Notes: generated from the sequence alone by a model not told the origin. 64,000 bases of DNA from Octopus sinensis (GCF_006345805.1 NC_043009.1:44764001-44828000); one strand, 5' to 3'; positions 41,764 through 54,690 are shown, counted from the first letter of the stretch. Program-made: numbers and translations.

Positions 41764-42574
41764 GAGAGTCAACAGTTGAGAGATGCTCAGTATAGAAACC
41801 AGTAGTGCTCAAATGATTTGAACTTACACTCCAAAATCTTTAACAACGATCAAGTCTGCAGGATAAAGATCGGCGCTCTATTTATATATATATATATATA
41901 TATATAACCCAAACAGTTTATTTGCATTATCATCTACACACACATATATATAGACGCATAAATATGCATATATATTTCTGGCAAGTATGTCTGACGAGTC
42001 ATCTATATTGCCAAGTACATGCGTAGACCCTAAACAAATAGTAACTTTCTGACCTGTTATACGCCATAACCAGGAATATACTACACAACTATTTATATAT
42101 ATATATATATAAATATATCCTTGAAATTTGTTTATGTGAAACGTTTTTGAGTGCATACATAAAAGGCTCCTATGCTATTTATTCAGGCTACTGCTTATTA
42201 TTCCTATCTTCCAGAGTAATTTTATGAGATGGCTATGAAAATCCATGGATATTGCAAATCCTATTTGTAATATGGATGGGAAAAATACAGCAACTAAAAC
42301 GTGAGGTTTGTGGAAACCTATGTAACGATGCATTAAAGGATTTATGAATTTCCATCCAAAAGTTACTACTCTATAAATATATACATACAGGCATACCTCA
42401 ATCTATATTGTTTCAGGTTATATCTTTTTGGGCTTTACATCTTTCTTTTTAAGAAATTAAACTCAATTTCAGTTAATTCATCTGATTTTACATCAGTCTC
42501 AGTGGACATATTTAAAAGCAGAAACATTTTTTTGTAAAACACCAATACTGAAATTGAAGATCAAATAAAATACA

Positions 42575-42753
42575 TGTGAAAATAATATGTACAAACTATT
42601 TATTAAAAAAGAAATATGCTAATAAATATTTTAAAATGATTTTAATGTCATGTCATTTTTGTTTTTCTTTGTGAGTTAAGTCGCATGTCTTGGAACCAAT
42701 AACCAACATAAGTTGAGGTATGCTTGTATGTGTGCGTATATACGTATGTATGC

Positions 42754-42787
<34 letters not shown>

Positions 42788-43349
42788 GTAGATATATACA
42801 TGTTTATATAATGGGTAAAAAATACCAAACAATTATTTCACTTTAAAATAAATTTAGACAAACAACAGAACACAAGACGCAATATTTAAATTTTTTCGAA
42901 ATGAAAACAAGAAAACAACAGATTAATATTTTTGTAAGTTTTAAGAAATAAATGAGCATTCAATAAGTAAAAAAAAAAACATTTTAAAAACATGTGATAG
43001 GACCCTATTTGTGTGGGGAGGAGGGTCCTGAAACATAATTAGCCTCACACTAATTAAAAATAATGTTTGTAGTAAGGTGAAAGAGAGAGCGAGAGAGAGA
43101 GAAGGAGGAGGAGGCAAGAGAAATAAGAGTTAAAGAGGTGAGGTCTGGAAACAAAAGAGGTAGCAAAAATGAGACGGGGGGGTGGGGGAAGTTCCTATGT
43201 ACATTTGGTAAGTTGACAAATGGCAGTGGTCCAGATCATGATTCTTTTCATTCTTTAATATGTCTGTGCGTCCTTTGAACAGCAAACCATTTCTTTTTCC
43301 AGTTATATTCTCTTATATTTTATGCTTTGTTCCTTCATGTGTGTGTGTA

Positions 43350-43397
<48 letters not shown>

Positions 43398-46257
43398 TAT
43401 AATACACACACACACATATATATATATATTTATATATATATATATATAATTTTATCTCGTCCCAACTATGAATTTTGGTCATTCTGATTGTGGTGCCTGC
43501 CATAGTGAGAATTTAAAATCGCTTGACCAGAGACAGAGTGTGCTGACAAGGAATATGAAAAAAAAAGAGAGAAAGAGTTATAACTTCACAAACTAAATGA
43601 AGAGAATTTTGTGCAGAGGTCAGAGATCAGCAGTGTGAATTTTCACAGTTTAAAAAGGAAAACATTACTTTTATATGTCATTTAACTTTTCTTTATAATT
43701 TTTTTTTTTTTTTTCATATATGGGTGTTTCCTTTTTGGCTTTGCTTTTTTTATCTCTTTTTTTTTTGTGAAAAGTCATTTCACGCTTCAGTTTGAATTTT
43801 CTTTTCAGTTGCTTTATTTTTCTTTATATGGATACTTGAAGATTGTTGAATGTATCGGTGCCACAGACCTCCCCTCTTTTACTTATTAACATAGTTATTT
43901 GCCCTTGAAGAGAGATGAGTCAATGGCACTCCTGTAGGTGAAACGACAACTAATAAAATCATTAAGAGGGCCCTGTACAAAGTAAGTTTGTTCTAAATGG
44001 AAGAAAGGGGAGAAAACCCCACAGCAATTGGCCATAGTTTTATAATTTGTTCTGCTTGCAAGCTGGCACACAATTACTGGGAGCAAGACCGATACTGAAC
44101 TAACTAATGGTACACATACTCACATGATGAACTAACTAATGATACAGAGGACTAACTGTAGTAGTACTACTACTAACACCTCGCCATTACTTTATCTGTG
44201 TGTTTGTATTTGTTTTGCTTTTCTTTTTGTCATATATTCTCTCACACGGAGACATATATGCGATCCTTCAACTTATTACATGCAGCTCGGAGAGGATCAA
44301 ATTTCCACCACATGAATATATATATATGTGTTCTCTTGAAAGTGGTAGTTGCTGTATATCTTGGGGACTGTTTTGAACGAGCAGACCTATTATCAAAGGC
44401 TTTCCAGCCATGACTATTCCATCTTTCTGTGTGTATAAATATATATATATACCTTGGACAACACTGTCCATGTGATGTTCATTCTTTAATACAGCAGAGT
44501 GTAATTTGAGAGAGATTCATTGCTATTTCTAGCAGGTCAAGCAACCACATAGAGGAAAGTCTTATATGCATAAGAAATTCCTGATCCATAACAGCATTAA
44601 TATAAATACAAAGGAGATAGACTTTGGCAGAGGTATAATTCTAACAAGACTAATTCTGTATTTTATATTTGTTCTGCTGACACAGAGTTCAATAAGTAAA
44701 TAAGTTCATATATGTCCCATGTACAAACACAAAACATGAAGACTACAAACCTACTCAAACAGACAAAACTAAAATACAGGAGTTCGTGGCCACCAAAGCC
44801 ACATCCTAGTTTGTAGTATTACATATTTGTCTGATGTTTCACAGAAACAAGCATTTCTTGTGATAGGGTTAAGATTGTGGAATATTTTAAAGGAATTTAA
44901 AAATATAGAAACTGAAACCAATTAATTACCTCCCGAAAAAAAAAAATTTAATTCTTTTTTTTTAAAAAAAAAAACCCAAATCCTTGATTCAGCAAATTCG
45001 ACCCTTTAAAAATGTTGATTTGAACATTCACCAATATTTCTGTTTATTTTCGACAGTTTTCATCTCCCCCAAGACAATAAGTAGATTATTGTTATCATCG
45101 TCATCTTTTTAGATATGTTGTCACCTAGACGCTCTTCGTTATTGCCATTGTTCTCGTTCAGGAAATACCTGTCTGTGTCTTAAAATGTTCGTTTAGTCTG
45201 GAGAGGAAAGGGAGAAAGAGAGACAAATAACGTTTGGACAAATTACCAACAAGTCGAACTAGTTTGTGGACTATTTCGAAAAAAAAAAAACTGTCAAAGA
45301 AACTAAAACATGTTAGTAGTTTCATGAGGAAGAATTGTTCCAGTCAAGTTCATTGTTTCATTTCAATCCCATGAAAATATTTCCCTTGTATTTCAACTCT
45401 TTTTTTTTTTTACATTCATTTTTTTTTTATTATTATTATTATTATTGTCTTGTTTTGCAAATCTCTTCTGATACAGATAAGTTGCAAGATTTGGATCAAT
45501 ATATTCTTTGCAGTGTTCATAATTCAACATTGCTCTCAGTCTAAGAATTTTGATCCTTTCACTATTTTTTTAATTCTTTTTTTATCACATTACAAAAAAA
45601 AAAAAGACATGTTATTAACTGAAGTTCATAAAATAGAAATAAAATAAAATTAAAATAATAATAATAATAATGATAATAATAATGATAATAATAATAACCC
45701 GTGAGGTCAACTTAATTTGATCCAGGTACTAATCTTAGCAATTGCTACTTTTCAGGGTCGGCACACAGGGACACCTAGAAAGAAAAGTAACTTGGTGCTA
45801 AAATGGCAAGAAATCACTGCAAATATTGGCAGCTAAGGTGTGTATTCCATTGTATGAAGCTACTGGACTATGCCATTTTGGGGTTTGTTTTCTTTTTTCT
45901 TTTACTCATATCAGTCCCAGAATGCAACATCCATTCGTCTTTAGATCACTGATATGGTAAAGAATTCTTAGATTTGCTAACCTTCAATTATTGTTATCAT
46001 TAACCCTGCAGTTCACCATGTGAATGTAAGTGCTACATGTATTGGTTTATTCGTTCAGGGCCATTTTTTTTCCATTCTGTTATTTCAATTTTTTTTTACA
46101 TTCTAGAAGATTCTTCACATACTGATCTCTAAGAGTTCTTTAATGCAACAGTATAGTTTATCTTCTGTTCTATTTAAAGAGTTAACAATGAAGATCCTTT
46201 CTGGCATAGCTTCTTGGTTTACATTTTCTTTTTCTTGCATGCTCTACCCAGTTCATA
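42575..46257 (-). other. Possible long IP6K 3' UTR
   Basis: U-rich (minus strand) sequence after the stop; candidate AATAAA at about 42598-42603 followed by U/GU-rich sequence. Other AATAAA sites exist, so the end is uncertain. Confidence 0.3.
44380..44555 (+). mobile_element. Old dispersed repeat (similar copies at about 22960-23160, 48600-48790, 63415-63570)
   Basis: Shared gatcaaagg..ttcca..catgac...actacatt...gctatttctagca.gtc motif string. Confidence 0.6.
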
Positions 46258-46800
46258 TCAGCTGTGGCATTGTTGGCAACTGGGGGAATAACGATCGAGA
46301 ACTTCCTTAAAAGAAAGAATGAGATTACTAAGTCCAAATAAATATCCTTGGTCGGGGCCTCGGTGAGTGATCTTGTCTTCACGGAACCCACGGTGAGTGG
46401 AATGTGCAAAATCAATCATGCGTACTTCCACTTCAGGATAGTGGTCATGCCACACATGTTTCATTCCATAACTGTGTTCTTCTGGCGAACTGTTATCCAG
46501 TAGAGAAGTGTGATGATGATGGTGATGATGATGGTGATGATGATGACGACTGCTTGGTGTTTCTGTTAAGCCATCATACATGACCAGTAACGAGCTGGTA
46601 TAAAATCGGAATGTATCTCGCTTTTCAACCATTTTATACAGCTGCTTTAGCCGCCAAATAATAGGTTCAATTAAATCAAGACGTGCCTCAACACCGTTGT
46701 GTAAGAACTTGTACAGAGTCTCTTTGAAACCTTCAACATTCAAAGAACGGCCATCATACTTGTCTTGGTACACATACTGCCCTTTATCTACATGGTAAAC
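46258..46800 (-). CDS. IP6K: IP6K terminal coding exon
   Basis: tttcttcag| acceptor; 543 nt to TGA. VYHVDKGQYVYQDKYDGR...FRFYTSSLLVMYDG...VRMIDFAHST...GPDQGYLFGL contains the SSLL and MIDFAH kinase motifs. Confidence 0.97.
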   Translation of the reverse strand, partial: VYHVDKGQYVYQDKYDGRSLNVEGFKETLYKFLHNGVEARLDLIEPIIWRLKQLYKMVEKRDTFRFYTSSLLVMYDGLTETPSSRHHHHHHHHHHHHTSLLDNSSPEEHSYGMKHVWHDHYPEVEVRMIDFAHSTHRGFREDKITHRGPDQGYLFGLSNLILSFKEVLDRYSPSCQQCHS

Positions 46801-46879
46801 CTGAAGAAACAGAAAAGAAGGAAAAAAGTTTTGATTAGCAAAACCAGAACAATATTTATACTGGTTTATAACAAGGAAA

Positions 46880-46926
46880 GGGAAATAATAATAATGATGA
46901 TAATAATAATAATAATAACTATAATA

Positions 46927-46990
<64 letters not shown>

Positions 46991-47092
46991 TATAATAATA
47001 ATAATATAATATAATAATAATAATAACTATAATAATAATAATAATAACTATAATAATAATAATAATAACTATAATAATAATAATAATAATAA
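46880..47092. repeat. (TAA)n intronic microsatellite
   Basis: Direct reading. Confidence 0.96.
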
Positions 47093-47099
47093 ACACTAG

Positions 47100-47411
47100 C
47101 CATGAACAAGGTAGCACCAATAATCATAAAATATATAAAACATTTCATGAATAAATGGCAGACAGTGCTACAGATCTAGGCAAAAGATGGACTCATAAAA
47201 CCAAAGCCAACTCCATTAGAAGAGGAATATTCCAGGGAGACACACTCTCTCCACTCCTTTTCTGCTTGGCACTGTAACCCTTATCTCACATGCTAAACAG
47301 AACTGGATGTGGATACAACTGTTATGGCAAAACAATCAGCCACCTCTTATATATGGATCATCTAAAGCTGTACACCACAAATGATAAACAGCTGGAAACA
47401 TTACTACAAAC
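47100..47411 (+). mobile_element. R4/Dong-type LINE RT fragment in IP6K last intron
   Basis: RRGIFQGDTLSPLLFCLAL*PLS...ISHLLYMDHLKLY. Confidence 0.85.
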
Positions 47412-47420
47412 ACATATATG

Positions 47421-47583
47421 ACAGGCTTCCTTCAGTTTCCATCCACCAAATACACTCACAAGGCTTTGATCAGCCCAGAGCTATAGTAGAAGACACTTGC
47501 CCAAGTGTGCCACACAGTGGGACTGAACCCGAAACCATGTGGTCGGGAAACAAGCTTCTTACTGCACAATCAGGCTTGCACCT
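47421..47583 (-). mobile_element. SINE family A, 5' half
   Basis: Head plus core only. Confidence 0.8.
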
Positions 47584-47716
47584 ATGTTAGATTTATGCAT
47601 TAAATCTACTGCAATGTAAATAAGGCATACTTGGATGTCCAAGAACTAAGTAAGTATTAAGTTAAAGAATGGAAAATGGGAAATAGTAAAAAAAAACAGA
47701 ATATAAGTAATCTCAC

Positions 47717-47892
47717 CTTCATTCCACAGACTCTGACGCCAAGAGAACTTGATGTACTTTCTTTACACCGTAAAATCTTTTTCTGTTTCTTCTCTTCAGA
47801 CTGATCATCTCCATGTTGTCGTGGACCCATCTTAAGATCAAGAACACAAGGATAATGGAACTTGGCAGCAACATTCTCCAACAATATAAATT
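47717..47892 (-). CDS. IP6K: IP6K exon with PxxxDxKxG inositol-binding motif
   Basis: ctctacag| acceptor, AAG|gtgaga donor; 176 nt. [29 protein letters not shown]...[14 protein letters not shown] is the IP6K signature region. Confidence 0.96.
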
Positions 47893-49181
47893 CTGTAGAG
47901 ATATGGTTAAGGAACACATTGTGTAATCTTTATGGAGCATATAAAGCCAATTCTTATACAAACTTATAATGGAAGGCAAGGTTTACGATACCGAGTGAAT
48001 ATCGCCTTCTCCCATTATATCTTGTTCTTCATGTAGTTTAGGCTCCGGCGGGCGAAGAAAGAAGTCTTTAAGTACAAATGCAATTTACAACCGGTTTATT
48101 TACAAGTTTCACAGAACAGGTGAAGTGCATTGCTCTCAGCAACCATCTCGAGCTGTGTGTATGGTGTTGTATCTCCATTAGTGTGGACACATTGCCTCTG
48201 GAGGTACAACATGCAACAGGCCCAGCCAGTGAAGTGTGCTCAGCAAGCACTGCAGCAAAGAAGCGGAGAGAAAAGAGTGAATCTATTTTGCCCTTATATA
48301 CAGTTTGCCATCATGAGCCTCGTTGTGATCTCGCACATGGCAAATGGATGCAGGTGAGGTCTCACTCCAGTCTTGGAGATGGCAATGGCTGCCATAAGAT
48401 CTCATCCAATATGGCGCTGACTGCTTGTGCCGCTACAAACTAGAGGAATTGTTGAAATGTTCAAAAGGTCATAATCTTTTGGTAAACGACTAACAGAGAG
48501 TCTTTATGGATAAAAACATTCAATTTACTGCAAAGTAGATAAATATTCAATTCTATAATTTTATTACTTATCACAAAAAATCTTGGACATTATGTCAGTT
48601 GTTGCTGTTTAGCACCACATGTTAGTCCTGATCATCAACAGTGTTCCAACTATGACCATCCTGTCAATTTGTATAACCAAGACTACATTATTCAATATGT
48701 CCTTCAGCTTTTTAATAAGATATTACAGTTTCATTTGGAGATATGGCTGCTGTTTCTAGCAGATCAAAAGATCATAAAACAGCTGCCTCATTTTCTTTCA
48801 ATCCACTGAATACTACTACCTCGTTAACTGAGTTTACTTAATATGATACAGACATATGCACCTTTGCAGTAATTCTCCAGCAGGGTCAACATGACACAAC
48901 ATGTAGCAAGACTGGCCCTTTTTTTTAACTCAGAGGCATAAATAATAGTCTGTAGAAAACTGGGTTAAAAAAAATCCCCTGGGTGGAAAAAAAGACGTGG
49001 GCTTGAGTCCCATGGCTAGCCTTCAACTTTTCTCCATCCCATCAATTTTTTAACTCAATATTCTACATGGTATTGTTTACAGCTTTATCTACTTCGAGTT
49101 CTGCTGTTAAATGTAATTTATTATATATATGTATATAGAGATGTGTTAATGAAACCATTATTAGAAGGGTGGAACATCGAC

Positions 49182-49952
49182 CATCATCATCGTTTAACGT
49201 CCGTTTTCCATGCTGGCATGGGTTGGACGGTTCGTCTGGGGTCTAGGAAGCCAGGAGACTGCACCAGACCCCAATCTGATCTAGCAGTGTTTCTACAGCA
49301 AGATGCCCTTCCTAAAGCCAACCACTCCGAGAGTGTAGTGGGTGCTTTTTACGTGCCACTGGCACAGAGGCCAGAGGAGCTGGCATCGACCACAATCAGA
49401 TGATGCTTTTTACATGCTACAGGCACAGAAGCCAATCAAAGTGCTACTGGCATTGGCCACATTCTGATAGTGCTTTTTACGTGCTACCAGCACGGGGGTC
49501 ACAACTACAATTTCCATTTGATTTAATTTTGATGTTGATGTACTTAACTCAATAGGTCTCCTCAAGCAGGGCATGTCACACTATAATCCAAGGTACTTTT
49601 GAGTGGGCTGGTTATGCAACACTGGTGTAGGTTACAGCTGTGGACTCACTTTATTTGCCGGGTCTTCTCAGTCACAGCATACCGCCAAAGGTCTCAGTCT
49701 TTTGTCATTGCCTCTGTGAGGCCAGGTGTCATTGCCTCTGCGAGGCCAGGTGTCATTGCCTCTGTGAGGCCAGGTGTCATTGCCTCTGTAAGACCAGGTG
49801 TCATTGCCTCTGTGAGGCCAGGTGTCATTGCCTCTGTGAGGCCAGGTGTCATTGCCTCTGTGAGGCCAGGTGTCATTGCCTCTGTGAGGCCAGGTGTCAT
49901 TGCCTCTGTGAGGCCAGGTGTCATTGCCTCTGTGAGGCCTGTCATTGCCTCT
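49182..49952 (-). mobile_element. RTE-type LINE 3' fragment (ORF end, 3' UTR, GAT tail)
   Basis: Same 3' UTR as 134-446; ORF end GLTEAMTKD*DLWRYAV.EKTR resembles RTE C-termini; tandem repeat at the truncated 5' end. Confidence 0.8.
49703..49952. repeat. 24-bp tandem repeat, about 10 copies
   Basis: tgtcattgcctctgtgaggccagg repeated nearly perfectly. Confidence 0.97.
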
Positions 49953-50026
49953 ATGGAAATAAAAGACAACACAGAATAAAAGTGATGTACATAATAGATA
50001 AGATATATAACAGAACAAAAGGATAC

Positions 50027-50280
50027 TGTAACAGTCTGAGTGTCCAGATTTCAATAATTTTGACAACTGCATTTTCGGACACCGTATACTCCATGAAGGA
50101 TGGAAGTTGTCCTGTCGATGAACATCAAATACATCTTCTTCTTCCTCTTCGTCATCTTCATCGTGCTCATCCTCATCATCATCATCATCATCATCATCGG
50201 TATGTACTATCTTCTTATCCGCCCGGGAAGAATTCCGTCGTGCAGCCATATCTAAACTGGAGCTTCGCAACAGATGAATG
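50027..50280 (-). CDS. IP6K: IP6K internal coding exon with acidic tract
   Basis: ttatcttcag| acceptor, A|gtatcc donor; 254 nt (1+252+1). Ends NFHPSWSIRCPKMQLSKLLKSGHSDCY, resembling HNPWSLRCHKQQLSRM of IP6K1; the split codon A+AA gives K of YKFILLEN. Confidence 0.9.
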
Positions 50281-50597
50281 CTGAAGATAAAAGATTAGGA
50301 AAATTATATATACATACATAAATACCTAAATACATTATATATATGTGACTAAATACCAAAATACAAAATTATATATACATACATAAATACCTAAATACAT
50401 TATATATATTTGACTAAATACCAAAATACATTTAAGTTACACAATCTGTAATTCTTGCTACCCTTTGACCAAGTACTTAACCCTTTTTGATACCACCCTT
50501 GGTCCGCTGATACCAATTCCCTGTTTTAAAGTGATCTAAATTAGAAAAACTTTCAACAAAGTTCCATGTTTATTTCTACTCCAAACATCAGATTAAT

Positions 50598-50804
50598 AAC
50601 AGTTTCAAATTTTGGCACAAGGCCAGCAATTTCGGGGAGGGAGTAAGTCAATGAAATTGACCCCAGTGCACAACTGGTACTGACCTCAGAAGGCTGAAAG
50701 ACAAAGTCAACCTCAGTAGCATTTGAACTCAGATCGTAAATATGGACAAAATGTTGCTAAGCATTTTGCCCAGCATGCTAACAATTCTGCCAGCTTGCCA
50801 CCTT
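50598..50804 (-). mobile_element. SINE family B (alternative tail), diverged
   Basis: ttttggcacaaggccagcaattt...gctaacaattctgccagcttgccacctt. Confidence 0.75.
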
Positions 50805-51340
50805 CACATCGGATTATTAATGACAATCTTATTTTACTAAATTCTTAATTATCTTTGAAATTAATGAAAATGAATATTTCTGTAGAACTATGAAATTATC
50901 AAGGAAAAAAAGCTTTCAGGCAGAATTCCAAAGGTTTCAATAAAGTAAATCAGGTTACTGCATTCCTAGAAAGAATTCCATTTAAATAGGCCTTGTACTT
51001 TGATGAGTTTATATTATAAAGTACAATGGATAAGACTAGTACCAAATGAAATTAAGGTAGCAATGTTTTATTTTGTTGTTTTTTTTGTACTCTATTTATC
51101 TTTTTATAGTAGTGGTAGGAGTATAGTGGTGGTAGTGGTCGTGGTGGTCGTGGTGATGATAGTGGTGATGTTGGTGATGACGATAAGGTGGAGGAATAAA
51201 AAGCTTATTTTAAGATACTGGATGTATTTAAAAGACTAGATTCATCTTGTATGGGTAGTGGCACCCGTAGGAAAATACAAATAGGCAGAGAATTTCATGG
51301 GTAGGAGAAAGGCCCCAGAAAATATTTAGTATAGCTTTAT

Positions 51341-51738
51341 AGGCGTAGGAGTGGCTGTGTGATAAGTAGCTTGCTTAACAACCACATGGTTCCGGGTTCA
51401 GTCTCACTGCGTGGCACCTTGGGCAAGTGTCTTCTACTATAGCCTCGGGCCGACCAAAGCCTTGTGAGTGGATTTGATAGACGGAAACTGAAAGAAGCCC
51501 ATCAGATATGTGTGTGTGTGTGTGTATATGTTTGTATGTCTGTGTTTGTCCCCCCAACATCGCTTGACAACTGATGCTGGTGTGTTTACGTCCCCATCAC
51601 TTAGCGGTTCGGCAAAAGAGACCGATAGAATAAGTACTGGGCTTACAAAGAATAAGTCCTGGAGACGATTTGCTCGACTAAAGGCGGTGCTCCAGCATGG
51701 CCACAGTCAAATGACTGAAACAAGTAACAGAGTAAAGG
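51341..51738 (+). mobile_element. SINE family A
   Basis: Full-length copy in IP6K intron. Confidence 0.9.
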
Positions 51739-52061
51739 ATTTCAGGAATGAGACACAATAGAGAAGATGAGAAGAGAACAAGGGATGTCAAGCGTGCCTG
51801 GATAGGAGTGGTTCGTAGTAGATTAGCTCATGGAAGGAACAGAAACTGTTGTATGAACAGTAGAAGAGCTGGAGAAGAAACAGTGAATGCATGGGATAAT
51901 AGCTGTGGTGTATTGAGGGTGGAGGAATAACACTGAAGATTATAGGTGCTCGAGAGAGGAGAGCGGGAGTAAATATCAGCTAGGCTAAGGACATCTCTCT
52001 TTGAGCTGCAGCTAAAAGAGACTTTGCTTTTAATGCAGATATTACTGTATAGATAAGGTAC

Positions 52062-52216
52062 CAGCATAGCTGTATGGTCAAGTTGTTCACTTCTCAACTA
52101 CATAGTTTGGGGTTCAGCTCCACTGTGCAACACCTTAGGCAAGCATCTTCTACTATAGCCCCAGGCTAACAAAAAGCCTTGTGAGTGGATTTGGTAGATA
52201 GAAACTGAAACAAGCT
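52062..52216 (+). mobile_element. SINE family A, diverged 5' half
   Basis: caccttaggcaagcatcttctactatagcc...gccttgtgagtggatttggtag. Confidence 0.7.
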
Positions 52217-52823
52217 AGACTACCAGCTATGGACTATCAGCCCTTTAACTGGTAGTCAAGTACCCTACTAACTCATCCAACTATACACCCTGAGTATGCT
52301 GGCTATTTATAAAGCCCACTTTATTACTATTTTGCAAGAATTTGGCTGACAAAGAAAAGATACAGTTGTTCTCGATATAACTGAAATTTACTATAACTAC
52401 TTCATTCTGAGTTACAGGGGTTAATCTTTATGAAATAAATTTGCCTGAGGCCACTCCAGGTTTTATAATACAAACTTCTTGTTTGAAAGTGACCTAAATT
52501 AAAACCTTACACAAAATGCTATTTTAATTTGTTCCAAACTCCAGTTTATAATGACAAAGCTATTTTACTGTATTCTTCATCATTTCCATAATTCCTTGAA
52601 ACAAAGAGCACAGTATTTCAATAGGAACATGGTAACAAAAGGATTTCTGGTATATTTTATGTTGACTACAATGGGCTGTGAGATGGATTATCAAAGTTGA
52701 ATATGCTTGTATTCTTATTCCCCTCAAAGCTAATATCTTCTGATATTCATATTTACATTTATTTCAGTTCTTCTGATTAAAGCCGTGCTGTGAATAAACT
52801 ATATATTGTTTAATTAATGATAC

Positions 52824-52999
52824 AGGTGCAGGAGTGGCTGTGTGGTAAGTAGCTTGTTTACCAACCACATGGTTCCAGGTTCAGTCCCACTGCATGGCAC
52901 CTTGGGCAAGTGTCTTCTACTATAGCCTCGGGTCGACCAAAGCCTTGTGAGTGGATTTGGTAGACGGAAACTCAAAGAAGCCCATCGTATATATGTATG

Positions 53000-53030
<31 letters not shown>

Positions 53031-53255
53031 GCGTGTGTGTGTTTGTGTATCTGTGTTTGTCCCCCTACCATTGCTTGACAACCGATGCTGGTGTGTTTAT
53101 GTCCCCGTTACTTAGCAGTTCGGCAAAAGAGACCGATAGAATAAGTACTGGGCTTACAAAAGAATAAGTCCCGGGGTTGAGTTGCTCGATTAAAGGCGGT
53201 GCTCCAGTATGGCTGCAGTCAAGTGACTGAAACAAGTAAAAGAGAGAAAAAGAGA
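52824..53255 (+). mobile_element. SINE family A
   Basis: Full-length copy in IP6K intron. Confidence 0.9.
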
Positions 53256-53394
53256 GATACACTATCAAAAGTAGCAATATTCTCGTTAAGCTACCCCTCA
53301 CCACATCTTTCCAGTAAATCTATGACAAACACAAAATTAAAATGCACCAGGATAAATTTTTTGAATTTTTAAATAATTTTCTAAGCTTCAAACA

Positions 53395-53570
53395 ATTGTT
53401 TTAACATCTGTTTTTTTATGTTTGCATGGGTCTGATGGAATTTGTTGAGGCAGATTTATTACAGCCAGATGTCTTTCTTGTCACCAATCCCTACTTGTTT
53501 CCAAGCAAGGTAATACTTCCCTATGGTTAAGCATGTTTTCATGGATGACTGTGATATTATAAAACACTAC
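53395..53570 (-). mobile_element. Old LINE-tail-like repeat (similar at about 55185-55440, 60065-60215, 60470-60580)
   Basis: tttaac.tc..cttttccatgcttgcatggg...cagatg.tcttcttg...gtttccaagcaa motif recurring. Confidence 0.55.
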
Positions 53571-53801
53571 AGCCATGTAAAGTCATGAGTCACCCCTCAA
53601 ATAAAATATATATGAGCTAATTAGCCTTTAGCACACTGTAGGTGCATCATGTTACTGCATGAGTTTTTTCCCTTGTAGTAACAGGGCAGTGGTAGGGGAA
53701 ACAATTCTAGAGAAAGGTCAAATTTTAAACTTGATAACAGTAGCATAGATCAATAAATCTTTAACTGTTTCACTATAAAAATGAAATCAATGGACACTTA
53801 C

Positions 53802-54018
53802 CTGAAAGAACCATTTCTTTCTGACTGTTTTTGTTGTTGCTGTCGGATGAGGCTTTGTTTGGATTCTGTCTCGGGATCAGATGGTACTACAGGCGAGCAC
53901 GGTAAAGTCGAAGAACGATGATGAACAGGTGAGTGCTTCTGAGTCAGGGATTTGGGTGGAATACCTACTAAGGTCACATGAGTATCGTTATCTTCAATTA
54001 TTTGTACTTGCATAACAC
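53802..54018 (-). CDS. IP6K: IP6K internal coding exon (first one visible in window)
   Basis: ttcttacag|GT acceptor and AG|gtaagt donor; 217 nt (2+213+2). Encodes GVMQVQIIEDNDTHVTLVGIPP..., resembling the [21 protein letters not shown] segment of IP6K1; phase matches next exon. Confidence 0.85.
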
Positions 54019-54690
54019 CTGTAAGAAATAACAATGGAAGAAATATGTAAAAATATTCTTCAAAACATTTGAATTACCAATGTAATCAAAAAATATATAA
54101 CAAAATTCAATGAGAAACAAAACCAAAATGTTTCTAGATTTAGTTAACCCCCAGAGTATTTTTAGAAAACTATTTTGAAGAAAGCAACAAACTGTTCTCA
54201 AAATATATCATTCAGGTCATGAAAGTGAATGTCTCTTTTAGCCATTTCATTACATCAAAAATGGGGAACAGAAAGGTTATCTCTAATATCAATGTTATTG
54301 GAACCCAAAAGAGAGTTCTTCACACTATATTCTCAGACTTATATAAGAAAAAGCAAAAAATAAAAAGAGGAAAGAAAAGTCATAGAAAGATATAAAGGCA
54401 AGGATATCAAAAAAACGGAAATAGAGGTGAAGGTTACAAAGCAGGGGTGTTTGTGCTGAAATAAGAGATTCTCTGTGATAACACCCATTCAAAGACACAT
54501 TTAGATCTTCAACAGATTTATTTTTAGCTCTTCTCAATCAACATCTTGTAAAACTCTAAGCAAATACCCAAACCAGTGAACTAATGGTGAACCTCATTCC
54601 AAGATAACAAGTTGTAGGAATGTCTGGTTCCAGAATGGTTAATTAACACACACCCCCAAAGAACTATTTATTGCTACTGTTCTTTTCATT

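Noticed and set aside
48078-48443. 121-aa plus-strand ORF, or an extra IP6K exon
   Set aside because: No recognisable domain; the IP6K frame is complete without it.
49668-50026. Extension of the 200-aa ORF past the IP6K exon
   Set aside because: A GT donor at 50026 gives the correct phase for the next exon; the rest is intron and 24-bp repeat.
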